From assembly GCA_001179505.1 (NCBI GenBank), contig CDMY01000258.1:62001-126000 (forward strand): a stretch of 64,000 bases of DNA, read 5' to 3'. Both the position numbers and the translations under genes were made by a program. The notes under the pieces are model-generated. The model was given only the letters and a program-made list of their open reading frames with translations, had not been told where the DNA came from and did no database searches. This DNA is from Vitrella brassicaformis CCMP3155 (lineage: Eukaryota; Protista; Chromerida). The stretch's first letter is position 1. Every line of letters begins with the position of its first letter. Positions 11,914-24,896 of this stretch are shown here, in pieces.

Positions 11914-12349
11914 CTCTCAGGCATACGACTTTTGAGCTCGCCTTCGAGCTCGCAGTTTCTTCGCGGGGAGAAAGGAAGGAGAATCGGAGCTTCCCGTGCA
12001 TCGTTGTGCTGCCGGAGGTGGCAGCGGTTTGATTGCAAGGCAGATCTGGTCACTTGAGCCACCTGTCTGTCAAAGATCGGTAAGAAGCGAACGACGAGTT
12101 GGTCCATGCTGCTGTTTGTGCAGATCTCTGTCGATTTGTCCTCCTCTCTGTATGGCCGGTGTGTGTCCAGGTGGCTGTCTGCACGCACGGCGAGTCGGCT
12201 GTGGGTGAGATCGCATCTGCGTTCCTCTCGAGATTCTGTGCGTGCGCCGTGGTGTGCGGCCTGCGAGGGGGCATCATCGCCTCACACACACATTGTGCAA
12301 CAGCGTTGCTGGCGTGGCATCACTGGCGAACGGCAACACGAGCGGCAAC

Positions 12350-15300
12350 ATGACGACATTCCATCCAGGTCTGTCGCCGATCGATGTGGGACGGATGAAT
12401 GGACGGCTGCAGTGCAGTGGCTGGTCTGGGTTGTGTGTGTCACGTGTTTGCAGTGTCTGACCGGGTGTGCTTCCCCGAGGAAGAAGAGAAGACACTGCAG
12501 GTCAGTGGAGTGGAGTCGACCTGCGGGCAGCTCATCTGCTCTGAGATTACATGCGCCTGAGTGAATGATTGAGGGGGTGTGTCTGTTGTGTGGATGGGGA
12601 TGGGATGGCCGTGTGGGTTGCAGTATTGGCAGCAGATTGACGCCTTCAAGACCAGCTACCAACAGAGTGTCGATGAGGGCCGGCCCGTCTACCGCTTCTA
12701 CGACGGACCACCATTCGCCACCGGCCTCCCACACTACGGACACATTCTCGCTGGAACCATCAAAGTACCATTCATCAACCACAACGCACAGACAGTCCAT
12801 CCACCATTGTGTGTGTGTTTGCGGTGGTCATTCATTGTGTCTGTGTAGGATGTGGTGACCCGTTATGCGCACCAGAGTGGGTATTGTGTGGAGCGTCGGT
12901 TCGGGTGGGACTGCCACGGGCTGCCCGTAGAGCACGAGATCGACAAGAAACTCAATGTCAAGTCCAAGGAAGACGTTCTCGCGGTGAGAGAGAGAGTGAC
13001 CTGACACGCGCTTCACACACACACACACACACGTGTCGACACGTCAGTCAATATAGGCTCATCGGCCTGGCCCTGGGTCTGGCCGTGTGTCAGATGGGTA
13101 TTGGTGTGTACAATGAGGAGTGCCGGTCGATCGTCATGCGCTACTCAAAGGAGTGGCAGCAAGTCATCGGTCAGCCAGCCACTGCATGGTCGTGTTGTGT
13201 TGTGTGATTCACCCGCTTAATGAATCGCTGATTGATTGGTCGTCGACACAGAGCGTATGGGTCGGTGGATTGACTTTGAGAACGACTACAAGACACTCGA
13301 CATCTCATTCATGGAGTCTGTCTGGTGGGCCATTTAAATGCAACTGCACACACACAGACAGACAGACAGTATCCTGTGTCTTTGTGTGCTTGTGTGTGTG
13401 TAGGTGGGCGTTCAAGCAGCTGTTCGAGAAGAAACTCGTCTACAGAGCATTCAAAGTGCGCGAGTGACGCGACGACGGACGACGGATGCCGATGGTGTGT
13501 GTGGTCCACACAAACAAACAGGTGATGCCGTATTCGACTGTGCTGTGCACGCCGCTCGCCAACTTTGAGGTCAACCAGAACTACAAAGACATCTCAGACC
13601 CCTCAATCATCGTCGCATTCCCGTAACACACCACACACACTGGACGAGTGGAATGGTGTGTGTGGTGCGGGTATTTCAATCGTTCGTCGGTGTGCGGTGT
13701 GCAGGTATGTGGATGAGAGCGCTTGTGACTTTCTGGCGTGGACGACCACCCCGTGGACGCTGCCGTCCAACCTGGCCCTGTGCGTCAACCCGCACTCGAC
13801 CTACCTGAGGGTCAAAAACAAAAAGACCGACAGGTACGTACGGCTCACACACACACACAGACACACACACACAGACAGACAGACAGACAGACAGAGAGGC
13901 GCGTGTCTGTGTGTGTGGGTATGGCGACATGTGTGTGGCTGCAGGGAGTGGGTGTTGATGGAGGCGCGTCTGCCGTGGGTGTGCAAGGAGCTCAAACTCG
14001 ACATGGACACCGACATCAACATCGAAGACAAATTCCCCGGCAAAGTCCTCGAAGGTCGGTCAAGGCAGGGAGACGCGGATGGACGATGGACGATGACGAT
14101 CTCCATGTCTGTGTGTCGACAGGCATTCGTTACAAGCCGATGTTTGAGTACTTCAACAAGGGCGTGTGGAAGGAGAAAGGATTCAGGGTCATCACAGGCG
14201 ACTTCGTCGAAGAGACCGGCGGTCAGACACGCACACACACACGCACACACACACGGAGAGAGAGAGAGAGGGAGAGCGCATCATGTGTGTGTGGTTTATG
14301 TGTGTCAGGCACTGGTGTGGTCCACTGTGCCCCTGCCTTTGGCGAGGACGATTACAAGGCATGCGTCGCATTCAAGTGAGCGGACGGACGGACACACCAA
14401 TCCAATCCAATCAGCCGTCACATTGATTGCATCACAATGAATGCCGGGCCGTTGCTGTGTGCCTCTTTCCGTCCGTCCATCCATCCATTCCCATGGCAGC
14501 ATCATCGACAAGGAGTCAGGCGCCCTGCCTTGCCCCGTCGATGCCAACGGCAGGTTCACTGACGAGGTACCACACACACACACACACACTCACACACACA
14601 TAGGCAGACGCGGACACCCTCCCTTCATTCACTGCATGGGTGTGTGTGGATGGGATGCAGGTGCCCGACTACCAGGGGCAGAACGTGAAGGACGCCGACA
14701 AGGACATTCGGGTCAGCGCACATCACATGAATGAATGGATCAAGTGCACGGATGCGAGTGAAACGCCCTTCTCTTTCTCTCTCTCGCGCGCGTGTGTGTG
14801 TGTGTGTGTGTGTCCCACCACCCAGCGTGACATGAAGGCGACGGGTCGTCTGTTGCTCAACGCCAATGAAGTCCACTCATACCCCCACTGCTGGCGATCC
14901 GACACACCGCTCATATACAGAGTACACACACACCACACCACACCACACCACACCGATTCCCCCACCCTTTGCGCGTCGCCCATCTGTGCCATCTGTGCCA
15001 TTGATTCATCGTCAGGCGGTTCCGTGTTGGTTCATCAGTGTGGAGAAGGTCAAGCACGACATCCTGAAGAACATGGAGCGGACCTACTGGGTGCCGTCAT
15101 TCGTCAAGGAGAAGCGCTTCTACAACTGGGTCAAGGACTCCAACGACTGGTGCGTCAGCCGCAACAGGTTCTGGGGCACACCCATTCCCCTCTGGCACTC
15201 GGACGACTGGAAAGAGATCGTCTGCATCGGTCAGCCAGTGGAGCCAACAGTATGGAAAGGGAGAATCCTCTGTGCTGTGTGCGCAGGCAGTGTGGCTGAG

Positions 15301-18300
15301 CTGGAGGAGAAGACAGGCAAGAAGATCACAGACATCCACAGGCATTTCATCGACGACCTGAAGATCCCCTCGAGCCGCCCCGGCATGCCAGACCTCAAGA
15401 GAATCGAAGAGGTCAGCCTGCCTGCCCCTGAGCCCATTCAACCATATGAATCAGCCCGTCTTGTCTCCGCATATGCCACAACAAACAGGTGTTTGACTGC
15501 TGGTTCGAGAGCGGCTCGATGCCTTACGGCCAGGTGCACTACCCTTTTGAGAACGCCGACAAGGTGCGGGGGTGTGAAGAGGGAACAAACACGACCCAAA
15601 GGGACACACAAAGGAGAACTGTGTGTGTCAGTTCCGCGAGGGCTTCCCGGCCGATTTTATCGCTGAGGGGCTCGACCAGGTCAGAAGGGATGAGACAGTG
15701 GATGCAGGGCAAGCCCTGCATGTACCCGTGTTTGCCTTCATGTCTGGTGCAGACCCGCGGCTGGTTCTACACGCTGATGGTGCTGTCCTCGGCCCTCTTC
15801 GACGAGCCCGCCTTCAAAAACCTCATCTGCAACGGTCAGCACACACCCGACCCGTTTTCTCCCACACACCACTCAGAGAAGGGTCCGCGTGTTATTTCTG
15901 TTCAGGGTTGGTGCTGGCTGCTGACGGCAAGAAGATGAGCAAGCGTCTGAAGAACTACCCCGACCCCATGAGTGTGGTCAACAACCACGGCGCCGACGCC
16001 ATCCGGCTGTACCTCATCAACTCCCCCGTCGTCAGGGCGGAGCCGCTGCGCTTCAAGGAGGAGGGCGTGAGGGACGTCGTCAAGGACATCTTCCTGCCCT
16101 GGTTCAACGCATACAGGTACCAGACACGTGTGTCTGCAAGGAGAGGAGTGGAACAGCTTGGTCGTTCGCTTTGTGTGGATAGGTTTCTGCTGCAGGAGGT
16201 CGGCAGATACGAGAACAATGGTAAGCACGGCAAAGTGTGTGTGCATCGGCCGACCTGCCTTGATGAGTGCGGGTGGCCATCCATCACCCATGTCATGTAG
16301 GTGGGAAGTTCCAGGCCGACCCTGCGTTGGTCGAGGCGTCAGACAACGTCATGGATCGGTGGATCTACGCAGCCACACAACACCTGATCCAGGTCAGCCA
16401 GCACAGCACAGCACATGGGCAGACACAAGACAAGACACACACAGGCGGACGGATTGACGGATACGTGTTGTGTTGTGTTGTGTGACTGATGGATGCGTGC
16501 GTCAGTACGTGGACCAGGAGATGAAGGCCTACAGGCTCTACACCGTGGCACCCAAGCTCGTCGACTTCCTGGAACAGCTCACCAACTGGTCAGTCAGGGC
16601 AGACACACAGCGCACACGCATCGGCATACTCGTCCGTGCCTGACAATTCTCTCACAGGTACGTCCGCCTGAACCGTGACCGAATGCGAGGTAGGTGAGCA
16701 TTTAGAACGAACGGCCATCATTTGATCTGTGCTTGTGTGTGTATGTGTGAAGGTCTGTCGGGTGCTGACGAGACCATCACATCACTGTGCACGCTGTACG
16801 AGGTTCTCATGATCATCACACGACTCATGGTACCTACACACCACACACACATACACACACACACACGATGACCTGCCGTTTGTGTGACATATATCCGTCC
16901 GTCCGTCAGGCCCCTTTCACGCCATTCTTGACCGAGTATCTCTATCAGAATCTCGCCAGAGCACTGCCCGAAGGTCAGTGAGTGCGCCATTCCATGCGCC
17001 ATATTCTTGATGCATTGTGGGTGGCATGCTTGCAACGCTTGTGTGTGTGTGTGTGTGCGTGCAGGCCACCCGGACAGGTGTGCGAGTGTGCATTGGGTGA
17101 GTCTGCCAAAGGCCAACGAGAAGAGAATCGACGCGCACATCGAAACCAGAGTTGCGCGCATGCAAACCGGTCAGTCTGTCGGTGCTGGAGAAAGGAAGGA
17201 GGCAGACCTGCCCTGCCCTGCCCCACAGCCATTTGTTGGGCCCCTTCTGGTATACCCTTTGTTTGTGTCGGTGTGTCTGTCGGTGCAGTGATCGAGCTCG
17301 GCCGTCAGGTCCGCGAGAAAAGGAAGGTGTCCCTCAAGACGCCCGTCAAGGAGGTCCGCGTGATCCACGCCGACCCCTCTTACATCGCCGACATTGACTA
17401 CCTGCAGTCCTACATCAAGGTCAGTCAGTCAGGCCACCCAAAACATTAATGGGAAGGGCACATGAGTGACACACGGCATGGCGTGGCATGGCCCTCCCTC
17501 CCTCTGCGTGTGTGAACCGTCCAGGACGAGCTCAACACAATGGAGCTGACACTGTCCACCGATGCCTCCGCCATTCACCTGTCCGCACAGGCAAACAGCC
17601 AAATACTCGGACCAAAATTCGGAAAGGAGTTCGGGCCAAGTGAGTGCATCTGACAGAGAGGCTGGCATGGGATGATCGCAACATGGGTCCGTTCTGCCTG
17701 CTGGTCAGTTCGAAAGGCCGTGTGTGAGCTGACCCACGAGCAGCTGCAGGCATTCGAAGAGACGGGTGGGTGGGTCGGCACTCTCAAAGCACACGACGAG
17801 AGGACACTCAGGTGTGTGGGCGTGTGGCGTGTTTGTTATAGGCGAGATCGCTGTGTGCGGCCACACCTTGAAGCGAGACGAGCTCTTCTTGAAGCGGAGT
17901 GCCAAGGACATTGTGACCAACCCAAACCTGGAGGCAGATGGAGACAAGTAAACACACAAGAACTAGCCGCGTGTGTGGATCAATGTGACTGTGTGTGTGT
18001 GCCCCGCCCCTGTCTAATTAATTAGTTCTGTGTTGGTCGTTGTCGACTTCACCTCGGACGACAGCCTGCAGACCATGGCACTCGCTAGAGAGGTCACGCA
18101 CACGCACACGTGACGTACACACACGTGTGTGCACATACAAATGCATCTCTGTCTGTCTGTCTGTCTGTCTGTCTGCTGCCTCCCATCCCTTTTTCAGGTT
18201 GCGAATCGGGTGCAGAAGATGCGCAAGAAGGCGGGGCTGAGCCAGGATGACCCCGTGGACATGTGGGCCACACCGGCAGACCTCACTAAGGCACCCAACA

Positions 18301-18937
18301 TCCAAAAGGTATCAACACATACACCCAGCCAGGAAGGAGTATTCACCGTCCGTGCGGCTCGGCAGGTGCTGACCAAAGAGCGCGAGTATCTGCATCGGTG
18401 CCTCAGGCGGCAAATGTAGGCATGCACTCGACTCACACTGGCAGGCAGGCCACACGACCCACATTGAGGGTGCGTTGCGGTGCGGCTGTGTCATCCATCA
18501 TGCAGCTTCGACGGAGAGCAGCGGCAGGGCCACGAGGTCATCATCTACCAAGAGGATGTGACGGTCAACGGTGAGGATCTGAGGGTCGAGTTCACCCTCA
18601 GTGGCATCAGGTTCAACGAACAAGAGCTCCGCCGCCTGGCGCAGTCCATCAAGGTGGAGAGCTCCGATGGCCCAGCCAAGGCCAACGGGGTGGCGGCCAC
18701 TGCTGTCAATGGTGTCGATGGCGATGGGACGGACGGGCTGGTGACGGCGATGAAAGGGTGTCTGCTGTCCTATGAGGTCGAGGAGCTCAAACAGCTCGCT
18801 TCCTCAAACAACGGTGTGCAGGCGGCAGATGGGAAGCTGGCATGGGGGTGTTTTGTCATGTGTTCGCGCGTTTGTCAGGTTCCGTGACGTTCAACATTGA
18901 GGGCGCTGGCCAATGTGTGCTCATCAGAGACAAGTAA
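12350..18937 (+). CDS. IARS: Isoleucyl-tRNA synthetase, eukaryotic cytosolic type, highly multi-exon
   Basis: Spliced start [46 protein letters not shown] (HIGH), [71 protein letters not shown] and [12 protein letters not shown] (KMSKS). Stop TAA at 18935-18937. Confidence 0.97.
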
Positions 18938-19325
18938 GGGGACCTAGTAGAACCACAAAGGCAGGCCCAGGGCGACCAGCCTGCACCAGTGCATTTGTCT
19001 GCAGGCACTGGAGCGCCTAGGACAGGTTCGACAGTGCGTGTGTGGTCGGTTGGTCGGTCACATTGGTTTGTTAGTTTGCCAATTTGTGTGTGTGTGTGTT
19101 GGCGTGAGTGGGTGTCGCCGTGGACGCTGAGTGCCTTTGATCAATCAATCAGGAGGCACAGACACACACAGGCAGGCAGACTTCTTTGTTGTGCTGATGG
19201 CATGAGAGCAATCAGCATGCAGAGATCATGATCCCCCACCTCATCCTGGCCATGACTTGCAATTGGGCGCCAGCCACGAGCCTTGAAAGAAAGAGCTGCG
19301 CAAACTGCCGTGCACTCCGATACGC

Positions 19326-21436
19326 ATGCACCTCTTCGTAGCGATTCCACGGGGAATGAACGACCTCCGGAAGATCGCCGCTCCGGTTCGGGTGGCCCGA
19401 AAACTCAAAGCTAAAACGAGGAGCTCTACAGCGGCTCCATTGCATCGACAGACCCTTTCGCGGCTCAAGTCAGCAAGAGTCAGCATGTATCTTCCGCCCG
19501 GCTCTGTGCGTCCGACTCTGCCGGCCATCGGCAACAGCAATACGGCACACCATCGCAGCCTTTTCCGTCTCAAGAACGCCACAGGGCAGGCATGCCACTT
19601 CAATTCCCTTATGTGGAGTATCTTCAACCTCAAGGCGGTGCGGAAGAGGCTCACCAGGTGAAAGGGAGCTACTTATTGCAGTGGGTGGGGGAGCTGAGCT
19701 GCAGGGGGCTGGATTGTCTCATCTGATGATGCCTCTCTTTTGTTCCTTGTGGGTCTTTCTTTGCAGATCAGATGGCACTGAAGCGTCGCCCACGCTCCAG
19801 AAGCTAAAAGAGGCCTTTCTCACCATCGACAAAGCCCCCTCCCTTACCCCGGCCTGCCCTCCTCTTTTCGACCTGACTGGCCTGCTCGTCCATCTCGAGA
19901 ACGCCCTCGAGACGTCTGAGTACCACGTCGACGTCAGAAGCCAACAGGACACCGCCGAGACGTGCACCGCCCTCCTGCACCTCATCGACAGTGAGGAGGC
20001 AGCGGCAGGCGTTGCATCCAACCAGCGGTTCGACGCCCTCATCGGCAGCTCATTTGTGAGCCAACTGATGTGCAGTCACTGCTGCGATGACACGGGGAGG
20101 GAGGAGTCGCAGCGGATGGTGTCGTTGGGGATCAGTCACGCGATGAATGCCTTCAGAGAGTGGGGGCTGATGGAGCTGGTCGAGGAGACCACTCTGAAAC
20201 CTGAGCTGATGGAGGCCGCAGCCGGATGCCCCACTTGCGGCCGCCGGCGATACAAACGGTAAGAAGAGACAGACAAAGGGAGACAAGGAAGGCGACGCAT
20301 GGAAAACCTCACTTTCTTCTTGGTTGATGCGATGCAGGCTGTATTTTGACCTGCCGGGTGACGTGCTGCCTTTCGCCGTGAAGCGCAATCAGATCGTCTA
20401 CAACAACAATGGTGACATCGATCGGCAGTATCCGAGCCCTCTCCCGATACACCTCCCAATGACACTCACGCTGCCCTCCACCATCGGCCCCCTCACCTAT
20501 CGACTGTCGAGTGCCCAGCTCCATCACCCAGAGCAAGACCGCGAAGGCAACGCGACGGCCGAAGCAGGCCACTATACGACAATCCTCAGGTGTCTTGAGG
20601 ACGGGCCCGCCTCAGGAGACGGCGGGGGCAGCAGCAACAGCAGCAATAGCGGCAGCGGCAGCAGCTACTGGGCACTGACAAACGATGCGGCGCCACCCCG
20701 CATCATGACGCAGCAGGAGGCGACGGCGTTCCTGTCATCGCAGGAGACGCAGAGTCGGGTGTGTGTGGCGTGGTATGAGAGGGATGAAACCGAGAGCGAC
20801 GGCGCTTGTGCTGTCCCTCTCTCGAGGGGTGAGAGAGAGGGCGGGGAGAGGGGGGGCAACAGCAACAGCGGGGGGAACAGCAAGGGGATGCCCCACGCCA
20901 GACACCATTATGGGGTGCCGTCAGCAAGCAGAAAGAAAGACAGATGGATGGATGGATGAATGGTGGATGGATGTATACCTGTCTGTCTGTCTCTTTGTGT
21001 GTCTGGCACGCTACGCACACAGGTGCCATACACATACACGGATGAAGAGCTCTTTCCCGCCCTGCGGCCATATCCAGGCCTCCCGCGCGTCATTTACCCG
21101 CCATTTCCGCCGCCCCCCAACAACCCCAAGAAGCCATCGCACAAGAAGGCCACACGCCCGCAGCTTGTCCGTCCAATGACCACCGAGAAACCCAAGGTAG
21201 ACTACATGGCATCACTCGGCAAGAGCCTGACGAAGCTGGTGAAAGCGATGTTCCCGCCGAGGCAGCCCAACTTCAAGCTGCCTCCTCCAGAGGTCTTGTT
21301 CCCGCCCCCTCGGCCATATCCAGGCGGCCCCGTGGTGATGGTGGGTGAGACGGTGCTGCCTCTCGTCGTCCCTGTGAGAGCTGGCGTCCTTCCCACATAC
21401 CACGTGAGCACCTTGTCTCCCGTCATGGTCCGGTGA
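19326..21436 (+). CDS. Ubiquitin-specific protease (C19/USP) family protein; introns 19658-19766, 20259-20337 and probably one before a Pro-rich last exon
   Basis: Cys box LKNATGQACHFNSLM, QQDTAE, Zn ribbon CSHC...CPTC, His box AGHYTTILR and WALTND. The start codon and last exon (about 21021-21436) are tentative. Confidence 0.75.
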
Positions 21437-22139
21437 GGACGAGGGACGGTACGAGGGGGGGAGATAGTGGTGGGTAGGCGTGTTAGTATAGCTCTGACGG
21501 GGGGAAACAGTCTGTCTCATAGGTTCCACCTTACCTTAGTGGGTTTAGGAGTGGCTGGCTGGCTGGCAGAGAGGATTTCAGTCCTAGCTGCCTACCGTGC
21601 ATCTCTCTCTACAGACACATCACATCCAGCCACTGACGGTACATGTGTGCAGGACAGGACCTGCTGCCGCCATAGATATGGTATGTCTCCGTTTGTTTGT
21701 GTGCCATGGATGCGATGGATGCGATGGATGCGATGCATGGCAGCGGGACCGGCCGCATGTATTACATGGACATCTGCCTGTACGTGTGTTGGATGGGATA
21801 CATGAGCCGCATGACGTGACCTGTCTTCGCTACTTGAATTGATTTCAACCTCATGTCAATCTTGCAGCTGTTCCTCTCTGTATGGATCCCTCTCTCTGCC
21901 TGTCGCGCCTTGGACAGGTTCAACAGTGCGTGTGCGGGTGCATTCATTCGCATCGTCCATCTGCACACTAATGTCTGTCTGATTTCTCATCCCATCCATC
22001 CCCCTAACTCGTTCGTCGGTTAGCTCTAAAATCAGCCGGCGAGCCAAGCCAAGCCCTCTCAGACAAATCTCCCGCCACCCATGCAATACAACACGACACT
22101 CATCCACTCCACGTGTCTGTCCATCCATCGTCTTGTCAG

Positions 22140-22997
22140 TCAGTCATCCTCGATGGGAATTTCCCAGGTGGGGTTCTTGGACATGCTGTCGAACGTGTCG
22201 CCGAACTGCTTCTTGTACACCTCGTCCTCATCCTGCAGCTCCAGCACCACATCAGACCTCGGGTAAGACACGCAGGTCAAGGCATACCCCGCCCTCTCCA
22301 TCTCCCGCGTCAGCCCGATCTGCGGGTCCATCTTGACCTCCCCCTCCCTCACGCGCACCGCACACGTGGTGCAGCACCCATTGCGGCACATCTTCTTGAT
22401 ATTCTTGATCGGCGGCAGGTTCCGCGACTCCTCAAAGGAAAAGAAAATGTACCGGTCCTCGGGCACATCCTGGGTGTGCCGCTCGCCGCTGACCGGGTCG
22501 ATGATGGTCACCTTGTACGTCTTGGCGTTTGGGTCGCCCGGCCAGGGCCCGCCCTTGTATGGCTTGATCCTGTCGCCCATCTCCCACTTCATGGGCGTGT
22601 CGTCGGCGTCACCATGCCATGGCCGGTACTCGCGGTCCTGGTGGAACCGGTAGGGGGAGGCCTCCTGCCATGACGGCTGCTGCTGCTCCTCCTCTGACTC
22701 GTCATCGTGTTGCGCATCCTCTTCTTGACCCGCATCTGCAGCTTCAAGCACATCAGCTGCTGCGGTGGTCACGTCGGCCGTCTTGCTGACAGTTGAGGAA
22801 AAGAGCCGGCTGCTGCTGCTGCCGCGGCCATGAGTCGTCAGCCGTAGTAGATGAGGCGGCCTCAAAGCAGCCATAAGGGGGATGTCGTTGCGGAGCGTTG
22901 ATGACAGCGAAGAGGGGACGGTGAAGCTGCGGACGAAGGGCAGCGCCAGAAGGCCGCAGAGCCAGCACCAGCACAAGAGCGAACACGCCAACATCAT
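22140..22997 (-). CDS. FdC2: Plastid-targeted [2Fe-2S] ferredoxin of the FdC2/Fed2 (C-terminally extended) type, intronless
   Basis: CRNGCCTTCAVRVREG...GYALTCVSYPRSDVVLELQDEDEVYKKQFG, with an acidic tail, matches the FdC2 signature (CRHGCCTSCAVR...QDEDEVYWLQFG). Leader MMLACSLLCWCWLCGLLALPFVRS-F plus a Ser/Arg-rich transit peptide. Confidence 0.88.
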   Translation of the reverse strand: MMLACSLLCWCWLCGLLALPFVRSFTVPSSLSSTLRNDIPLMAALRPPHLLRLTTHGRGSSSSRLFSSTVSKTADVTTAAADVLEAADAGQEEDAQHDDESEEEQQQPSWQEASPYRFHQDREYRPWHGDADDTPMKWEMGDRIKPYKGGPWPGDPNAKTYKVTIIDPVSGERHTQDVPEDRYIFFSFEESRNLPPIKNIKKMCRNGCCTTCAVRVREGEVKMDPQIGLTREMERAGYALTCVSYPRSDVVLELQDEDEVYKKQFGDTFDSMSKNPTWEIPIEDD

Positions 22998-23559
22998 GCT
23001 TGTCAGAGGGACAGCGCAGATCTTGTCGTATGGGACATAGGTCTCGTCAAGCGTTCCCGCCACATGCCGTGGCACAGCAGCGGTTTCAGGTGGCACCCTA
23101 GGCTGCCTGACGGCTGGCGCAAGTCTGGAGAAACACAATAACCAACCGACCAACCAGGCATGAAATACGCTTCAGATCTCGCCATCAGTTGAGAACAGCT
23201 GCTGCTGCTGCTGCTGCCGCAGATCTCCCATCTCCATTCGCCGGCACCTCACGCCAGTCACGATGCAGCCCACTGGTGCACCGCCCTTACCCCGTCCCCC
23301 CGGCCCTCCCCTTTGCCAGCCACCGAAGATGCTTGACATCACCATCAGCAAGGCAGCCCGCATGGCGAGGTCGCCTCTCTGCTCACAGATCGGCACTTCA
23401 ACTCGGCACGAACAGGAGCGGCTGGGTGACGCGTGAGAGAAGCACCGCCGCGAAAGATTGGCCGCCCGCCAGTCGTCTGCGACCAGAGGCGGTCGGTTTG
23501 ATCCTGCCCGTCTCTGTCTAAGCAACCAGTGCCTGCGAGAGGCCGAGTGCGTCATCGAG

Positions 23560-24896
23560 ATGCGGAGCGCGGCCTGGTGCGGCTTACACCCTTTCTCGCC
23601 GTGCTGCGACCTCCAGAGCCTCTCGCAGATGAGGGAGCCGGCGGCACTTGGCACGGGCGACGATGATCCTGTTCCGCTGGAGATGGACTCTCCATCACCT
23701 TACGCAGTGTCGGTGGTGTCCGTGGAATCGGGGGTGTGCGAGAGTCGGCTTGACCTTGAGCAGAAGGTCGGCCTCGAGTCGACCGTCTCGGCCGAGACAG
23801 TCGGCAGCCTCGACAAGGCTCAGTGGGGCTTTTACGTGCTTCAGGTCGGCAGTCTTACGTTCTGGTTGGTGGACCGGCCCTTCGTGTACTGCACCCACGG
23901 CTGGGTGATCCCGCTGTTCTCCGTCTACTGGCTGCTGGGAGCGATCTATGCCTCCCCAGCCCTGCCCGCGTGGCTCTCCGCCGTCATCTTGGCCTTCGTC
24001 CCTGCCGTCTGGCTTACAACTCTCGTGGTCAAGCAGCTGCCTCCCCGATCGCGGATCGTCATGCCTGCCCTCACCATTATGTTCATCTACTCGGGGCTCT
24101 GCGTGGCCGCCCCATATTTCTCGCCCTTTGGGGCGTTCAACACCTTCTTGTGGATGGTACGCGAGTTGATCGTGAATGTTGTACGTCGTGGGAAGCTGGA
24201 ATGTTGTACGCCGTGTCCGTGTCTCAGGTGGGAGCTGCCTTATTCTTCGCCCATATGTTTGCCCATGTTGCCGTGCCGAGAGCCTATCCAGTGCCTCCTC
24301 CTGCCGCCTCAGACTCTAGCGCACCTTCGTCCCGCCACACGAGCCGTTGGTTCCGCGTGCAGCCGTCGGCTAACGCGTCGCAGTACAGCCTGCCGGCCTA
24401 CGAAGCTTCCGCGCTCTTTCAGTTTGTGCGACGCGCCGTCTACCAGAATCCCTGGCTGACCCACTGCCCTCAGGTGAACGCCGTCGCAGTTGAACGGCTC
24501 GTCCGATTTGCCGGTTGGGCGATTATGGGGATCGACTTTGTGTCGGACCTCGCGTTGGGCCTCGAGTTTATGGCTCGCGGCCTTATAGGGGTAGGGATCG
24601 TCATCATCGCATGTGCTATGCCGGATGCCGTGACGCAGAATACGCAGTACTACATGCGGCCACTCGAGACTCTGACGGTGCGCCAGAGCCTATTGGTATT
24701 CGGCCTGGCGGTCATTGAAGTGCCGATTGTGGTGTTGGCTTTGGTATACGGGCCTGGAGGCGATACGGCCCTCTACGCGATATCGGCGGCCTTGGCGAGC
24801 GCGATGGTGCTGGTGCGAGGAGGGCTGCTCACTGCGAGGCTGCTGGAAGTTCACCGGGGAGACGGCGAAAAGAAGGGACCCACAGCCAGGGGCTAG
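23560..24896 (+). CDS. Multi-pass membrane protein of unknown function, 2 exons (phase-0 intron ~24157-24227)
   Basis: ORFs 23458-24459 and 23823-24896 join at ATG|gtacgc...ctcag|GTG. There are many hydrophobic segments (e.g. WVIPLFSVYWLLGAIY, LIGVGIVIIACAM, LLVFGLAVIEVPIVVLALVY). Start codon uncertain. Confidence 0.6.

Noticed and set aside
12106-12349. Upstream ORF MLLFVQISVDLSSSLYGRC... as an organelle-targeting exon for IleRS
   Set aside because: Its phase-0 donor (12205) is incompatible with the only nearby acceptor (12303, phase 2), and the IleRS frame has a stop at 12206.
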